A stretch of DNA of 34,925 bases from Opitutales bacterium (GTDB taxonomy: Bacteria > Verrucomicrobiota > Verrucomicrobiia > Opitutales > JABSRG01), in assembly GCA_049599475.1 (NCBI GenBank), contig JBMYOQ010000044.1, positions 1-34,925 on the forward strand, in the 5' to 3' direction. Under the pieces are notes generated by a model. That model saw nothing but the letters and a program-made list of their open reading frames with translations. It was not told where the DNA came from and ran no database searches. Below, piece after piece: positions 8,335-18,026 of the stretch. Within the stretch, counting starts at the first letter, position 1. Every line of letters begins with the position of its first letter. The translations under genes were made by a program, and so were the position numbers.

Positions 8335-9279
8335 TTATTTATAAGCTTCGGAGAGTTTGGCCATGATGGCTTTTTGCACGTGGAGTCGATTCTCGGCCTG
8401 GTCGAAGATGATCGATGCAGGGTGGTCGAGCACCTCTTGAGAGACTTCCTCACCAGCATGCGCGGGCAGGCAGTGAAGAAAATAAGCATCCTTCTTGGCC
8501 TTTTTGAGCAGCTCCATGTTTACCTGGTAGGGCATCATAGCTGCCATGCGTGCATCTTTCTCTGCCTCATCGCCCATGCTCACGAAGACATCCGCGTAGA
8601 GCACATCGGCTCCTCGTGCCGCTTCTTCGGCATCGGTTGTGAAGGTGTAAGTAGGCAGCCCCGCTTTTGCTATGGCGTCGTCCAGCTCTTTGCCGGGCTT
8701 GAAGTCTTCTGGTCCAGAAAGCACGACTTCGAGCCCAAGGAGCAGACCTGTGAGTGTGATCGAGTAAGCCATGTTGGAAGCGCAGTCTCCGAAGAAGACT
8801 ATCTTGCGACCCTTGAGGCTCGTAACAAGATCTTGGGGTCCTTTTGCCCAGCGTTCAGCCAATGTGAAATAATCTGTGTAGGTCTGGCACGGATGCAGGA
8901 AATCTGAAAGAGCGTTGATCACTGGGATAGTCCCATGCTCGGCTAGCTCCTCGAGGACAGCGTGGTCGAAGCAGCGTACGACAACTCCATCGAGGTAGCG
9001 AGAGATCACCTTTGCGGTATCCGCAATCGTTTCGCCTCGGCCAATCTGCATTTGGTCGGCACTGAGTACGACTGCGTTTCCGCCGAGTTCGTAGATACCG
9101 ACCTCGAAGGAGATACGAGTCCGGGTGCTGTTCTTGAAAAAGATCATACCCCAGCTCTGGCCCTCGAGGGGCTTTACCTCAGATGAGTGGCGGTTGCCCT
9201 TGAGGCGTCTGGCTAGCTGGAAGATCTGGCTGACCTGCGTGACGTTAAAATCTGTGTCTGTTAGAAAGTGCTTAGTCAT
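8335..9279 (-). CDS. argF: Ornithine carbamoyltransferase
   Basis: Motifs STRTRISFE, HPCQ, SMG, HCLP and QAENR. Start taken at ATG 9279 (MTKHFL), 7 bp after the argD stop. Confidence 0.96.
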   Translation of the reverse strand: MTKHFLTDTDFNVTQVSQIFQLARRLKGNRHSSEVKPLEGQSWGMIFFKNSTRTRISFEVGIYELGGNAVVLSADQMQIGRGETIADTAKVISRYLDGVVVRCFDHAVLEELAEHGTIPVINALSDFLHPCQTYTDYFTLAERWAKGPQDLVTSLKGRKIVFFGDCASNMAYSITLTGLLLGLEVVLSGPEDFKPGKELDDAIAKAGLPTYTFTTDAEEAARGADVLYADVFVSMGDEAEKDARMAAMMPYQVNMELLKKAKKDAYFLHCLPAHAGEEVSQEVLDHPASIIFDQAENRLHVQKAIMAKLSEAYK

Positions 9280-9286
9280 AGTGGGG

Positions 9287-10501
9287 TTATGCTTCAACCG
9301 GTTGGGTGTATTTTTGAAAGGTGTTCTTGAGTATGTTGAGTGCCTCTGAAAGTTCCTCCTTAGCAACTGTCAGGGGTGGTAGGAGACGGATAGCTCCATT
9401 GCCAGCGGCTACGATGAGCATGCCCTCCTCGCGGAAGCGGGCCATCCAAGGGAGTGGATCTTCGTTAATGCCGATGCCGATCATGAAGCCGCGTCCGCGT
9501 ATTTCGTAAATCAGTTCAGGGAACGCGGCCTTGAGCTTTTCGAGCTCTGAGAAAAGCCATGGGCTGAGGGAATTTACACGGCCCATTAGATCTTCCGACT
9601 CGATGGTATCCAGAGTCGCCAGTGCTGCGGCGCATGCGAGGGGCGAGCCCCCGAAGGTGGTGCCATGGGTGCCTGGCGTGAATACCGCATGGTGCGGCTC
9701 TGCAATCCAGACGGCTCCGATCGGGAAGCCGTTGCCGAGACCCTTGGCCATGCCGATGGCGTCTGGCTGGATACCCGCGTGCTCGTAGGCGAAGAATTTA
9801 CCCGTGCGCGCGATGCCGCATTGGACTTCATCGATGAGCATCAGGACACCTTTATCGGTGCACAGGGCGCGAAGCTTCTGCAGGAACTCGACCTCGAAAG
9901 GACGGATGCCGCCTTCGCCTTGAATGGTTTCGATGAATACGGCCGCCGTTTCGTCGTCGATCGCTTGTTCGAAGCTTTCGATATCATTGTATTTAGCCAC
10001 CGTGAAACCTGGGACGAGCGGGCCGAAGCCTTTTTGGATTTTGGGCTGTGGAGTAGCGCTCATGCCTCCGAAGGTCCGGCCGTGGAAGGCGGTATCGGCA
10101 ACCACGACCTTATATTTTTTGCCCTCTACATCTCCGGACTCCTTGTAGCCCCATAGTCGAGCGAGCTTGATCAGGGCTTCGTTGGCTTCGGCGCCGCTAT
10201 TGCAGAAGAACACGCGCCCAGGCCCCGCTTTCTCGACAAGCTTTTCTGCGAGTTTGGCTTGGTTGGGATTGCCAAATAGGTTTGAGCAATGGCTTAGAGT
10301 CGCTGCTTGGTCTTGCACGCGCTTGACCCACGCTGGATGACCGTGTCCGAGGGCAGTGACTGCGATGCCGGAAGTCATGTCCAAGTAGCGTCGACGTGCC
10401 TCGTCCCATACATAGGCGCCTTGGCCCTCCACGATAGAGATCGCAGGGGGAACGGCGTAGTTTCCTAAGGAGTAGGCTGTGTAGCGTTCTTGCGTGTTCA
10501 T
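9287..10501 (-). CDS. argD: Acetylornithine aminotransferase (class III, PLP-dependent)
   Basis: Motifs NSGAEANE, FHGRT, DEVQCG, MAKGLGNG, HGTTFGG; lies within the arg cluster. Confidence 0.95.
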   Translation of the reverse strand: MNTQERYTAYSLGNYAVPPAISIVEGQGAYVWDEARRRYLDMTSGIAVTALGHGHPAWVKRVQDQAATLSHCSNLFGNPNQAKLAEKLVEKAGPGRVFFCNSGAEANEALIKLARLWGYKESGDVEGKKYKVVVADTAFHGRTFGGMSATPQPKIQKGFGPLVPGFTVAKYNDIESFEQAIDDETAAVFIETIQGEGGIRPFEVEFLQKLRALCTDKGVLMLIDEVQCGIARTGKFFAYEHAGIQPDAIGMAKGLGNGFPIGAVWIAEPHHAVFTPGTHGTTFGGSPLACAAALATLDTIESEDLMGRVNSLSPWLFSELEKLKAAFPELIYEIRGRGFMIGIGINEDPLPWMARFREEGMLIVAAGNGAIRLLPPLTVAKEELSEALNILKNTFQKYTQPVEA

Positions 10502-10533
10502 GACTTATATAGGTTAAGAAATATGTGCTGGCT

Positions 10534-11424
10534 TTATGAGTTAACCAGTTCTGTGCCGATACCCTTGTGAGTGAAAATTTCTAGCAGCACGGAGTGCGGC
10601 ATCCGCCCATCGACAAAGTGGACCCGGTGGACACCTGTTCTGAGAGCCTCTACGGCGCTGTCCACTTTGGGAAGCATGCCCTTGGCGATGATGCCTCTTT
10701 CTTTAAGATCGGGGACTTTCGATACGGCGAGCGATGAAATCAAAGTTTCCGGTTTGGTAGGATCTTCCATTAGGCCGGGGACGTCGCTCATGTAAACAAG
10801 GCGCCGTGCGTGTAGCGCCATCGCGACATGGGCAGCTGCGACATCGGCGTTTACGTTGTGAGGCTGGCCGTCCGCATCGACTGCGACTGGGGAAACAATC
10901 GGAGTGTAGCCGTCTTCGAGGGCTTTGAGGATTGGTTTTGTGTGGACCTGATTGACCTTGCCGACATAGCCGATGTCGATGGGCTCGCCATTTGAATCTT
11001 CTGTAAGCCGTTGGCACTGAAGGACTTTATTTCCGTGGATGGCGACTGGGGTGCCGCGTGCGGACTGGACGAGGCTGCAGATATCCAAATTGACGTCGTC
11101 GTTGAGGGTCTTTTCGACAACGGACACCGCCTCCTTGCTCGTTTTGCGAAGCCCTTTAACAAACTCTGCTTCGATTCCGGCAGCATCAAGGGCTCGCGTA
11201 ATGGCTTTTCCTCCGCCGTGGACGACGACGACTTTGATGCCTACCGAGGCGAGGAAGGAAACATCGGTGGCGACCCGGCCGCGCATGACTGGATCTGGAT
11301 CATCCATGAAGCTACCGCCGTATTTGATGACAAAAATAGAATCCCGAAAACGCTGAATGTAGGGAAGGGCTTCAATCAGAACGGAAGCTTTTTGGGTCGG
11401 GTCCAGGTTTTCGATGCTATTCAT
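10534..11424 (-). CDS. argB: Acetylglutamate kinase
   Basis: Motifs [35 protein letters not shown]. Confidence 0.97.
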   Translation of the reverse strand: MNSIENLDPTQKASVLIEALPYIQRFRDSIFVIKYGGSFMDDPDPVMRGRVATDVSFLASVGIKVVVVHGGGKAITRALDAAGIEAEFVKGLRKTSKEAVSVVEKTLNDDVNLDICSLVQSARGTPVAIHGNKVLQCQRLTEDSNGEPIDIGYVGKVNQVHTKPILKALEDGYTPIVSPVAVDADGQPHNVNADVAAAHVAMALHARRLVYMSDVPGLMEDPTKPETLISSLAVSKVPDLKERGIIAKGMLPKVDSAVEALRTGVHRVHFVDGRMPHSVLLEIFTHKGIGTELVNS

Positions 11425-11439
11425 GATGCTAAAATTTCC

Positions 11440-12678
11440 CTATTCCGACCTGTTGAAATCTACGTAGGCCTCAGTGAGGTCGGTGGATAAGAGTTGTGTC
11501 GAAGCGTTGCCTAAATTGAGGTCGAGCTGTATCGTAAACTCCTTTTGGGCAACGACTTCCTTCCACTTAGCTTCGTTCTCAACTCTGGGTGTTCCTTGGA
11601 TCAGTGCTGGAACTGCGTCGTAATGCAGATCGACTTTGTCGATGTCTATTCCGACTTGGGCGTAGCCCGCGGAGTCTATGATCCGGCCCCAGTTGGGATC
11701 GGAGCCATACCAAGATGATTTCACGAGCAGCGAGTTGCCAATGGCCCTGGCCACCTTTTCAGCTGCGGCGCCTGAGGGGGCACCATTGATCTCTAGGGTG
11801 ACGACTTTGGTGATTTTCTCGCCATCGGAGACGATTTTGTAGGCGAGTTCGAAGCAGATTTTTTTGAGGGCTTCTGTAAATTGAGAGAAGTCTGGGTGGT
11901 CTTCTGAATCGATTGAAGCGGCGGAGACGCCATTTGCGAGGACGAGCACGGTGTCGTTGGTGCTCATGTCGCCATCGACGGTGATTCTGTTAAATGAATT
12001 GGTAACTCCCTGAGCTAAAGCATTTTGTAGAATCGCTTGGGGGATAGATGCGTCTGTCGCGATGAAGGCGAGCATGGTCGCCATGTTTGGCTCGATCATG
12101 CCGGCGCCTTTGGCGATCCCACCGAGGGTGATGATTTTTCCTGCGCTGGACTTAAAGGAGATGGAAACAACTTTACTCCGGGTGTCGGAGGTAAGAATGG
12201 CATCTGCCGCGGCAAGGCCGTTTGCTTCATTCGCTCCGATTGTCTCGCAGGCGGATTGGATCCCTTCGGCCAAATTGACCATCGGGAGAGGTCGGCCGAT
12301 TCTACCCGTTGAGGCGACGAAGAAACTGTCTTCCGGAGCTCTAAGGAGACCCTCGGCTTGCTTGGCCATTTCTAATGCGTCGGCATCACCTTGTTTTCCG
12401 GTCACGGCGTTTGCGTTTCCGCTATTGGCGACAATTCCGTGAACAGGGCCTTCTTTACCAAGGATGGCTTGGCATTGTAGGACTGGAGCTGCCTTCACAT
12501 CGTTGAGCGTGAAGACGCCGGCAGCGGAGCACGGGTTTTCCGAGAAAATTACTGCCACGTCCTTGCGCTCTAGATTTCCAGTTTGGCGGACGTCGCAAGC
12601 AGCTGCGCCGGCCGTAAAGCCGGTGACGTCGGTGATCCCGCTGGAAGGTTCTATAAACTGAAGTGAATCTGAGCTCAT
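11440..12678 (-). CDS. argJ: Glutamate N-acetyltransferase / ornithine acetyltransferase
   Basis: Motifs NSGNANA, KGAGMIEPNMATML (autoproteolysis site), DGDMSTND, DPNWGRI. Confidence 0.97.
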   Translation of the reverse strand: MSSDSLQFIEPSSGITDVTGFTAGAAACDVRQTGNLERKDVAVIFSENPCSAAGVFTLNDVKAAPVLQCQAILGKEGPVHGIVANSGNANAVTGKQGDADALEMAKQAEGLLRAPEDSFFVASTGRIGRPLPMVNLAEGIQSACETIGANEANGLAAADAILTSDTRSKVVSISFKSSAGKIITLGGIAKGAGMIEPNMATMLAFIATDASIPQAILQNALAQGVTNSFNRITVDGDMSTNDTVLVLANGVSAASIDSEDHPDFSQFTEALKKICFELAYKIVSDGEKITKVVTLEINGAPSGAAAEKVARAIGNSLLVKSSWYGSDPNWGRIIDSAGYAQVGIDIDKVDLHYDAVPALIQGTPRVENEAKWKEVVAQKEFTIQLDLNLGNASTQLLSTDLTEAYVDFNRSE

Positions 12679-12803
12679 GGCTGGAGTCTCGCTTGGAAAA
12701 TGAGAAGCGAGCAGTTTAGACGGTTCGTGGCTTAAATGTCAGGTAATTATGGACTTAGAAATGCGGCGATTGTGTAAAAAATGAGTCTTGGGGCGTATTT
12801 CGG

Positions 12804-12843
12804 AAAACAAAAAACCCCCCTGGCCTAAAGGCCTGGAGGGTTT
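12804..12843 (-). terminator. Intrinsic terminator after rpsI
   Basis: Minus strand reads AAACCCTCCAGGCC-TTTA-GGCCAGGGGGGTTTTTTGTTTT: a GC stem followed by a U-tract. Confidence 0.85.
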
Positions 12844-12874
12844 GCAAAAGATAAGCAAAATGAATCCAGACGCT

Positions 12875-13273
12875 TTAGCGCTTGGAGAACTGGAAGCGCT
12901 TACGAGCTCCAGGCTGACCTGATTTCTTACGTTCGCGCATGCGCTGGTCGCGGGTCAAGAGACCTTCAGACTTGAGCGTTGGGCGAAGTTCAGGATCCAT
13001 CTTTTGGAGAGCGCGAGCGAGACCGAGAGACATCGCTTCAGCTTGTCCAACGAGTCCGCCACCGTGTGTCTTCGCAACGATGTCGATCTTTTCTTTGAGC
13101 TCAGCTTTGATCGCTGGAGTCAGTGCAGACACTTGAAGAAGCTCTGTCGGGAAGTAACCCTCGATCTCCTTGTCGTTTACAGTGACTTTTCCGGTGCCTT
13201 CTGTCATGCGAACACGCGCTACTGCGGTCTTGCGACGTCCGGTTCCGAGGTAAACTTGTGTAGCAGTTGCCAT
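12875..13273 (-). CDS. rpsI: 30S ribosomal protein S9
   Basis: Motifs GTGRRKTAVARV, GGGLVGQAEA, ERKKSGQPGARKRFQFSKR. Confidence 0.99.
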   Translation of the reverse strand: MATATQVYLGTGRRKTAVARVRMTEGTGKVTVNDKEIEGYFPTELLQVSALTPAIKAELKEKIDIVAKTHGGGLVGQAEAMSLGLARALQKMDPELRPTLKSEGLLTRDQRMRERKKSGQPGARKRFQFSKR

Positions 13274-13283
13274 TACGATCTAA

Positions 13284-13712
13284 TTACAGTGAAAGGGTTT
13301 CTGGCTGTTGTGCTTCGTGAGTGTGCTCAGCACCGCCGAATACGCGGAGCTTTTTGAGCATTTGATTCGCGAGGCGATTTTTCGGAAGCATGCCTTTAAC
13401 AGCGTTTTCGATGAGGAATTCTGGGCGCTTTTCGCGGAAGTCAGCAACGGTGCGGTATTTTTCGTTACCCATGTATCCAGAGTAGAACATGTATTCTTTT
13501 TGTTCTTCTTTCTTTCCGGAGACAGCTACCTTGGATGCGTTGATCACGATGACGAAGTCACCTGTGTCTACGTTAGGTGTGTAGGTAGGTTTGTGCCGAC
13601 CACGAAGAATGTTCGCGATTTTCACGGCAAGGCGACCGAGAGTCTGGCCTTCAGCGTCGACCAAATACCACTTTTGCTCGAGTTCGCCGGGTTTTGCTAA
13701 AGTCGTTTTCAT
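13284..13712 (-). CDS. rplM: 50S ribosomal protein L13
   Basis: Motifs WYLVDA..LGRLA, KPTYTPNVDTGDFVIVINA, AVKGMLPKN, HEAQQP. Confidence 0.99.
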   Translation of the reverse strand: MKTTLAKPGELEQKWYLVDAEGQTLGRLAVKIANILRGRHKPTYTPNVDTGDFVIVINASKVAVSGKKEEQKEYMFYSGYMGNEKYRTVADFREKRPEFLIENAVKGMLPKNRLANQMLKKLRVFGGAEHTHEAQQPETLSL

Positions 13713-13817
13713 GATGGGAAAAGCGTTGGATAAAGAAGTTTGCTGGAGGGCTTGTCAAGTGCGGAACTATTTGCATTCAGAAAATTTGCCCAAAAATTCT
13801 CTTTCCCCCTATATATT

Positions 13818-13849
13818 AGAAAAGCCGCACAGAAATGCGCGGCTTTTCT
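13818..13849. terminator. Symmetric intrinsic terminator after the porin gene
   Basis: AGAAAAGCCGC-N10-GCGGCTTTTCT. Confidence 0.8.
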
Positions 13850-13873
13850 CAACGTAAATGATCTACTGTGGAT

Positions 13874-14533
13874 CTAGAATCCGGCGGTAAATGAGGCTCC
13901 CCAATAAAGTTTGGAGTTCTTCTTTTCTTGGTCCGAAAAGCGGATGCCAAGAGAGCCTGAAGTTGCGTCGTTGAATTTGTAGACGATGTCCGCCTTGGCG
14001 CCGAGGTAGTATTTGTCCTCGTAGTCGTCTTGGTCAAAGTGCCCAGCATATGCCTTGAGTTTTAGGTAGGTGGACTTGGCTAGTTTGATTTTGTGAGCGA
14101 TTGTGCCTTCGACGGTAAAGACTTCTAGGTCGAAATCATAATAGAAATAGGCAGTTGGGGATAGGAGGGTGTCAAAGGATGCACCGAGGTAGCCTTCGAA
14201 AGTGGTTTCATCGCCAGTGCCTACTTCAGGGTAGTAATATATGGTACCACCCACATCCACTGCGATCTTATCGGTTACCGAGAATCCGTAGCCTCCATAG
14301 AAGTCGATCTCATTTTCATAGCTGCCAGTGACGGGTTGGGCTGTCCAGATACCTGTATAGAAGTCATCGTAAGTGAGGTCCACGGCTCCATGGAAGATTT
14401 CGTTGGCAAGCTTCGTGCCGCGAAATGAGTAGACGGATTCGAAGCCGACGGTGGATGATATAGATAACTCTTGGGCTTTGGCGGGGATCGCGCAGATCGC
14501 CATCGTGATTATAGAAACAATAAGATTTTTCAT
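13874..14533 (-). CDS. Outer-membrane beta-barrel, TorF/TIGR02001-like putative porin
   Basis: Signal peptide, YSFRG, EIDFYGGYGF and GTIYYYP motifs, alternating strands and a terminal Phe. Confidence 0.75.
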   Translation of the reverse strand: MKNLIVSIITMAICAIPAKAQELSISSTVGFESVYSFRGTKLANEIFHGAVDLTYDDFYTGIWTAQPVTGSYENEIDFYGGYGFSVTDKIAVDVGGTIYYYPEVGTGDETTFEGYLGASFDTLLSPTAYFYYDFDLEVFTVEGTIAHKIKLAKSTYLKLKAYAGHFDQDDYEDKYYLGAKADIVYKFNDATSGSLGIRFSDQEKKNSKLYWGASFTAGF

Positions 14534-14638
14534 GGCTTGTTTGTTTTGTTTTAGACGTGAGGCCTCATTCCCCTATTTGGGCAGGACGGGGTATTTTGTC
14601 CTCTGAAACTGCCTGTAATTCGGTATCATATTGCGGAA

Positions 14639-15022
14639 ATGAAATTGAATTCTCAGTTATTGGGAGCTGTCGCGGCTGTGACTGGAGCCTTGATCGTAAT
14701 GGCGGGAGCTTTTGGAGCGCATGCTCTGAAGGATTTCCTCACAGAAAACGGGATGGTTGAGAACTGGAAGACCGCCTCAATGTACGGTCTGGTGCACGCG
14801 GCCTTGGCTTTGGTGTGGTCTTTTATTCGGCCAGAGAGGCGTCTTTCCACGCTTTGTTGGCTGAGTGGTGTCTGGCTGTTTTCGGGATCAATATTTGGAT
14901 TATGCCTTGGAGGTCCATCGGTTTTAGGTCCAATTACGCCTTTGGGGGGCTTGTTATTGATCGTAGGTTGGCTGAGCGCTGCTTTTTCTTTCCACTCGTT
15001 GAAAAGCCCTAACGATGAGTGA
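14639..15022 (+). CDS. DUF423 (YgdD/TMEM256-like) membrane protein
   Basis: Motifs GAFGAHAL, WKTA..Y..VH, LFSGSI, GPITPLGGLLLIVGW. Confidence 0.9.
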   Translation: MKLNSQLLGAVAAVTGALIVMAGAFGAHALKDFLTENGMVENWKTASMYGLVHAALALVWSFIRPERRLSTLCWLSGVWLFSGSIFGLCLGGPSVLGPITPLGGLLLIVGWLSAAFSFHSLKSPNDE

Positions 15023-15146
15023 TTTTTCTGATTCTAACATGTAGGATCTATGTTAAATCGATTTACAAAGCTTGCCAGGCGGGTTGCAGCTTGATTGCTT
15101 TCTGGGCCTATGCCCGTGTGAATACGGGTGATAATCTATATATCTT

Positions 15147-16115
15147 ATGGAAACAGCTACCGCTCAAAGCGCTCTCGAACTCTTAAAACAGCACACCACG
15201 GTCGTTGCGGATACCGGCGACTTCGAACTTATCAAGGAATACGCGCCTCAAGACGCGACCACCAATCCGACCTTGATCCTCAAAGCTGTGCAGCAGGAAG
15301 CTTATCGCCCTCTTTTGGACCAAGCTATTGCTGAGCTTAAAGACACTGCTTCTGGTGAGGAACTTATCGACGCGATCGTTGATCGCACTCTGATCCTCTT
15401 CGGCAAGGAAATCTTGGACATCGTTCCTGGCCGTGTCTCTACTGAAGTGGATGCACGCCTTTCTTTCGATAAGGAAGCAACCGTTTCAAAGGCTCGCGAA
15501 CTGATTGCACTTTACGAAAAAGAAGGCATCAGCAAGGACCGTGTTCTCATCAAGCTCGCTTCTACTTGGGAAGGCATCGAAGCTGCCAAGGAGCTCAAGG
15601 CTGATGGCATCAACTGTAACATGACTCTGCTTTTCTCTCTTTGCCAGGCAATCGCTTGTGCGGAAGCAGGAGCTCAGCTCATTTCCCCATTCGTAGGACG
15701 TATCCTCGACTGGTACAAGGCGTCTACCGGAGAAACTTACACGCAGGAGACAGATCCAGGTGTTATTTCAGTTAAGGAAATCTACACTTACTACAAGAAG
15801 TTCGGGTACGAGACCGAAGTTATGGGAGCAAGCTTCCGTAACAGCGGTGAAATCCTTGAACTTGCTGGATGTGACCTCCTCACGATCAACACCAAGCTTC
15901 TCGACGAACTCGCGAAGATGGATGGTCCAGTAGAAGCAAAGCTCAGCGTCGAAGCTGCGAAGGCTTCCGATATTGAGAAGATCGAAATGAACGAGAAGGT
16001 CTTCCGTTGGATGCTTAACGAAGATGCGATGGCGACAGAGAAGCTTGCCCACGGTATCCGCGCCTTTGGCAAGGATATGATCACACTCCGTGGCATGATT
16101 GCTGACGCTCTCTAA
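15147..16115 (+). CDS. tal: Transaldolase (TalB type)
   Basis: Motifs [35 protein letters not shown] (Schiff-base Lys), [15 protein letters not shown]. Confidence 0.98.
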   Translation: METATAQSALELLKQHTTVVADTGDFELIKEYAPQDATTNPTLILKAVQQEAYRPLLDQAIAELKDTASGEELIDAIVDRTLILFGKEILDIVPGRVSTEVDARLSFDKEATVSKARELIALYEKEGISKDRVLIKLASTWEGIEAAKELKADGINCNMTLLFSLCQAIACAEAGAQLISPFVGRILDWYKASTGETYTQETDPGVISVKEIYTYYKKFGYETEVMGASFRNSGEILELAGCDLLTINTKLLDELAKMDGPVEAKLSVEAAKASDIEKIEMNEKVFRWMLNEDAMATEKLAHGIRAFGKDMITLRGMIADAL

Positions 16116-16143
16116 GACCTTACTTCGGTTTTATTTTTCTAAT

Positions 16144-16172
16144 GGCGCGCCGGTTTACGGTGCGCCTTTTTT
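16144..16172 (+). terminator. Intrinsic terminator after tal
   Basis: GGCGCGCCG-GTTTA-CGGTGCGCC-TTTTTT. Confidence 0.85.
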
Positions 16173-16235
16173 ATGCCCTGCAGCTTTTTTCAGTTCTCAA
16201 TTGCCATCAGCCATTCATCACTTAATTGAAAGACT

Positions 16236-16547
16236 ATGGACTTTTTATATAACACTCAGAATCCTCTCGGTCGTGGCGCTTTTGTTATCCGCCTTCTCAT
16301 TGTGATCGTTCTCGGGGTCGCGGTGTCATACGCTCTCTATGAAGCTGGCTACCACTTTTTGCATTTTAAGACCGTGGGTATCTTCTGGGCAATTTTAGGT
16401 GCATTCTTCTTTGGCTGGGCGGCAATTGTTCAATTGATGCGTCGCTTGAGAGACTTGGACATTCCGGGCTTTTTTGCATTCATCCCTGTTTATAATCTCT
16501 ACGTCTTGCTACTTGCCTTCACGAAGGCTGGTAAGTCCGAGCAATAG
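16236..16547 (+). CDS. DUF805-like membrane protein
   Basis: Three hydrophobic segments; RRLRDLD..G and FIPVYN motifs. Confidence 0.75.
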   Translation: MDFLYNTQNPLGRGAFVIRLLIVIVLGVAVSYALYEAGYHFLHFKTVGIFWAILGAFFFGWAAIVQLMRRLRDLDIPGFFAFIPVYNLYVLLLAFTKAGKSEQ

Positions 16548-16576
16548 TTTGGCGGTAATACGCTAACGGCTGTCCG

Positions 16577-17986
16577 ATGCGGATCTACTTTATAGGCATC
16601 TGCGGGACCGCTATGGGAAATGTCGCCCTGTCTCTCCGCGCGCTTGGTCACGAGGTCGCGGGATCGGACTCTGGGATTTATCCCCCCATGTCGGATGTGT
16701 TGTCGTCCGCGCAGATTGAGTTGCATGCGGGTTTTGATCGAGAAAGCCTTTTAGACTGGGGCCCAGATTTGGTTGTGGTGGGTAATGCGGCTTCTCGAGG
16801 TAATGATCAACTAGAGCTGATTCTTGAAGATCGTTCGATTCCCTTTATTTCGATGCCGGAGGCTATTCGCCGGTTTCTCCTGGCGGACCGACGCCGTTTG
16901 GTCGTCGCGGGAACCCATGGAAAAACGACCACTTCGGCTGCCGCAGCATACGCGCTGGACCAATCCTCTTGTGAGCCAGGATATTTAATCGGTGGCGTCC
17001 CGGTCGACCTCGACTCGGGTTCCGAAATCGGCAAGCCCGGATCACCCTTCGTGATTGAAGGCGATGAGTATGATTCGGCGATCTTTGATAAGCGAAGCAA
17101 GTTTCAGCATTACTTCCCTAATGTGTTGTTGATCAATAACATGGAATTTGATCATGGGGATATTTTTATCGATACTGAGGACTATGTTCGCTCGTTTCGG
17201 CACTTAGTGAGGCTAATTCCGAAATCCGGGAAGATTCTGATAAACGCCGATGATCCTCAGTGCGAGGTGTTGGCAGAGAGTGCGTTTTGCGAGGTATTGA
17301 CGGTCGGATTTGCTGATAAAGCCGATTTTTGCATCCGCGACTTTCAAGACCACGCTTCGGGATCTGAATTCTCGGTCCTAGGCCCTCAGGGTGTTGAGAA
17401 GCGTGTAAGGGTGTCTTTGAATGCCATTTTCAATGCGCGCAATTTGGTAATGGCAGCGGTGGGCGCTGCGGAAATCGTGGGTGAACCCGGACGCTGGATT
17501 GATTTTCTTGAAACCTTGCAGGCATACCAGGGCGTAAAACGTCGTATGGAGCCAAAATTTGAATCAGCGACTTGCTCTGTTTTTGAGGATTTCGGACACC
17601 ACCCTACGGCAATCGAGTCGAGCATCCAGAGTCTTCGAAGGAGATTTCCGGATAGCGAACTGTGGGTGGCTTTCGAGCCGCGGAGTAACACTACCGTGAC
17701 CAATCGTTTTCAGAGTGAGCTCGAGAAGGCTTTCCAGGGTGCCGATGTGTTACAGATTGCCCCTATTTTTAGATTAGAGCGCATCGATGAATCTAAGAGG
17801 CTGGATGTCGGTAAGTTGATTGCTCAGGCAGGAGAGGGGAGTTGTTTTTGGAAGGATTGGTCTAATTTCGAAAGGCATCTGGTCGATGAATTTGTGAACT
17901 CACAACGAAAACGAATTCTCGTTTTCTTTTCCAACGGATCATTTAACGGCTTGATTACTTCAGTGACACACGCATTAAAGAGTTAA
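16577..17986 (+). CDS. mpl: UDP-MurNAc:tripeptide ligase (murein peptide ligase)
   Basis: Motifs GICGTAMG, AGTHGKTTT, EGDEYD, EFDH.DIF, DFGHHPTAI, FEPRSNT, FSNGSF. Confidence 0.9.
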   Translation: MRIYFIGICGTAMGNVALSLRALGHEVAGSDSGIYPPMSDVLSSAQIELHAGFDRESLLDWGPDLVVVGNAASRGNDQLELILEDRSIPFISMPEAIRRFLLADRRRLVVAGTHGKTTTSAAAAYALDQSSCEPGYLIGGVPVDLDSGSEIGKPGSPFVIEGDEYDSAIFDKRSKFQHYFPNVLLINNMEFDHGDIFIDTEDYVRSFRHLVRLIPKSGKILINADDPQCEVLAESAFCEVLTVGFADKADFCIRDFQDHASGSEFSVLGPQGVEKRVRVSLNAIFNARNLVMAAVGAAEIVGEPGRWIDFLETLQAYQGVKRRMEPKFESATCSVFEDFGHHPTAIESSIQSLRRRFPDSELWVAFEPRSNTTVTNRFQSELEKAFQGADVLQIAPIFRLERIDESKRLDVGKLIAQAGEGSCFWKDWSNFERHLVDEFVNSQRKRILVFFSNGSFNGLITSVTHALKS

Positions 17987-18026
17987 ATTGTCACGTAAGT
18001 GTGATGAAACTCAATGAGTTAGACAC

